A stretch of DNA of 64,000 bases from Octopus bimaculoides (lineage: Eukaryota), in NCBI RefSeq assembly GCF_001194135.2, contig NC_068990.1:88427180-88491179 (forward strand), read 5' to 3'. How positions within the stretch are numbered: the stretch's first letter is position 1; the number at the start of each line of letters is the position of its first letter. The notes beneath the pieces were generated by a model. The model was not told where the DNA came from. It saw only the letters and a list, made by a program, of their open reading frames with translations, and did not search any database. Below, piece after piece: positions 63,224 to 64,000 of the stretch. A program made the translations under genes and the position numbers.

Positions 63224-63394
63224 TTTTAGCAAAAGTTAACTGTGGAACTCCAAAAGAGGTTGTTGGTGCATCAAAGTTCTACAGTACCACCAAATATAAA
63301 TCTGAAGTGATCTATATTTGTCCTGGAGACGAAACACTAAAGTCAGTATGTGGGAAGGACAACAAATGGACTTCAGTAGCTCCTATTTGTGAAG
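63224..63394 (+). CDS. Exon S13: Sushi/CCP domain
   Basis: ttctag|TTTTAG ... GAAG|gtaacg; 171 nt; NCGTPKEVVGAS...YICPGDETLKSVCGKDNKWTSVAPICE. Confidence 0.87.
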
Positions 63395-64000
63395 GTAACG
63401 TAAATAACTTCTCTTTTGTTGCCTCTGTCTGGATAATTTTGTTTTGTTTTTGTGATAAATGTGTGACTACATACTGTAATAAGATATTATGATTAATTAA
63501 AACTTCACCCTCAGTGGGTTGTGAAATCAGTATTTTAAAGACTTATTCTGGTCATGAAATTCAGAAATGATAACCTCGTAAAGATAATTAGTTTTTTTTT
63601 TTTTTAGTTTTTTTTTTCCCCTGTTAAATGTGTAATTTTGATGAAATATGATTTCTTAGCTTGCTAACATTAAGTTTTGAGTGTCCACATTACTACATAT
63701 TTATATTTATTCACTGAATGATGATGATGATGAAAGGGAAATTACTTCAGTTTTCCCAAGCAAAACATTGTAAAATGTTAAAGTGATGGTTTATAAAAAC
63801 TTGCCATTACTAGGCACATTTACATTCTGAGCTTAAATTCCATTCTTTTACATCCTGAGCTTAAATCCCAATGGGATGTACTTTACCTTTCATACTTCTG
63901 AGGTTGATAAAACAAGCTGTATTCAAGTACTGAAGAATCCTCACTGAAGAATGTATGGCTTTGTGCTTAAGATAGAAACCACTATCATTAATATCTGTAA

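Larger units (their letters stand above)
1673..63394 (+). other. Interior of a large multi-exon gene (or exon-cassette array) encoding tandem PAN(A)-PAN(B)-Sushi(x1-2) modules; both ends outside the window
   Basis: 32 exons with AG acceptors and GT donors, all phase 1/1, no in-frame stops, total 6672 nt = 2224 codons. Cys/Trp spacing is conserved within each class, and flanking intron blocks are homologous between units. Confidence 0.88.

Noticed and set aside
1673-63394. Dscam-type mutually exclusive exon clusters
   Set aside because: The exon classes are interleaved in a repeating order rather than clustered by class, and I saw no docking/selector sequences.
1-64000. CRISPR array, prokaryotic operon or rRNA
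   Set aside because: No regularly spaced short repeats with spacers, and no long unspliced ORFs; the DNA is clearly intron-rich eukaryotic sequence.

Overview
Eukaryotic, AT-rich, microsatellite- and retroelement-rich DNA. The repeat families look like those of coleoid cephalopods (Octopus-like; my recognition, not verified). The window is the interior of one + strand locus built from 32 small exons, all AG...GT-bounded, phase 1 at both ends and free of stops. They fall into three homologous classes: PAN/apple-like A (9 copies, 237-240 nt), PAN/apple-like B (10 copies, 201-234 nt) and compact Sushi/CCP (13 copies, all 171 nt). Order: B-S-S-A-B-S-A-B-S-S-A-B-S-S-A-B-S-A-B-S-A-B-S-A-B-S-A-B-S-A-B-S. 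Spliced in order they give 6672 nt (2224 codons) of open frame. No start, signal-peptide, transmembrane or terminal exon is identifiable, so the gene continues beyond both ends. Introns carry co-duplicated TE fossils, so whole genomic units were amplified. The units show an alternating two-unit higher-order repeat and patches of apparent gene conversion. Younger insertions include RTE, Tx1/L1-like and RLE-type LINE fragments, tRNA-derived SINEs, a hAT remnant, a piggyBac-type MITE and a 355-bp inverted repeat with a hammerhead-like core. Most ORFs in the supplied track are microsatellite or intron read-through artefacts.
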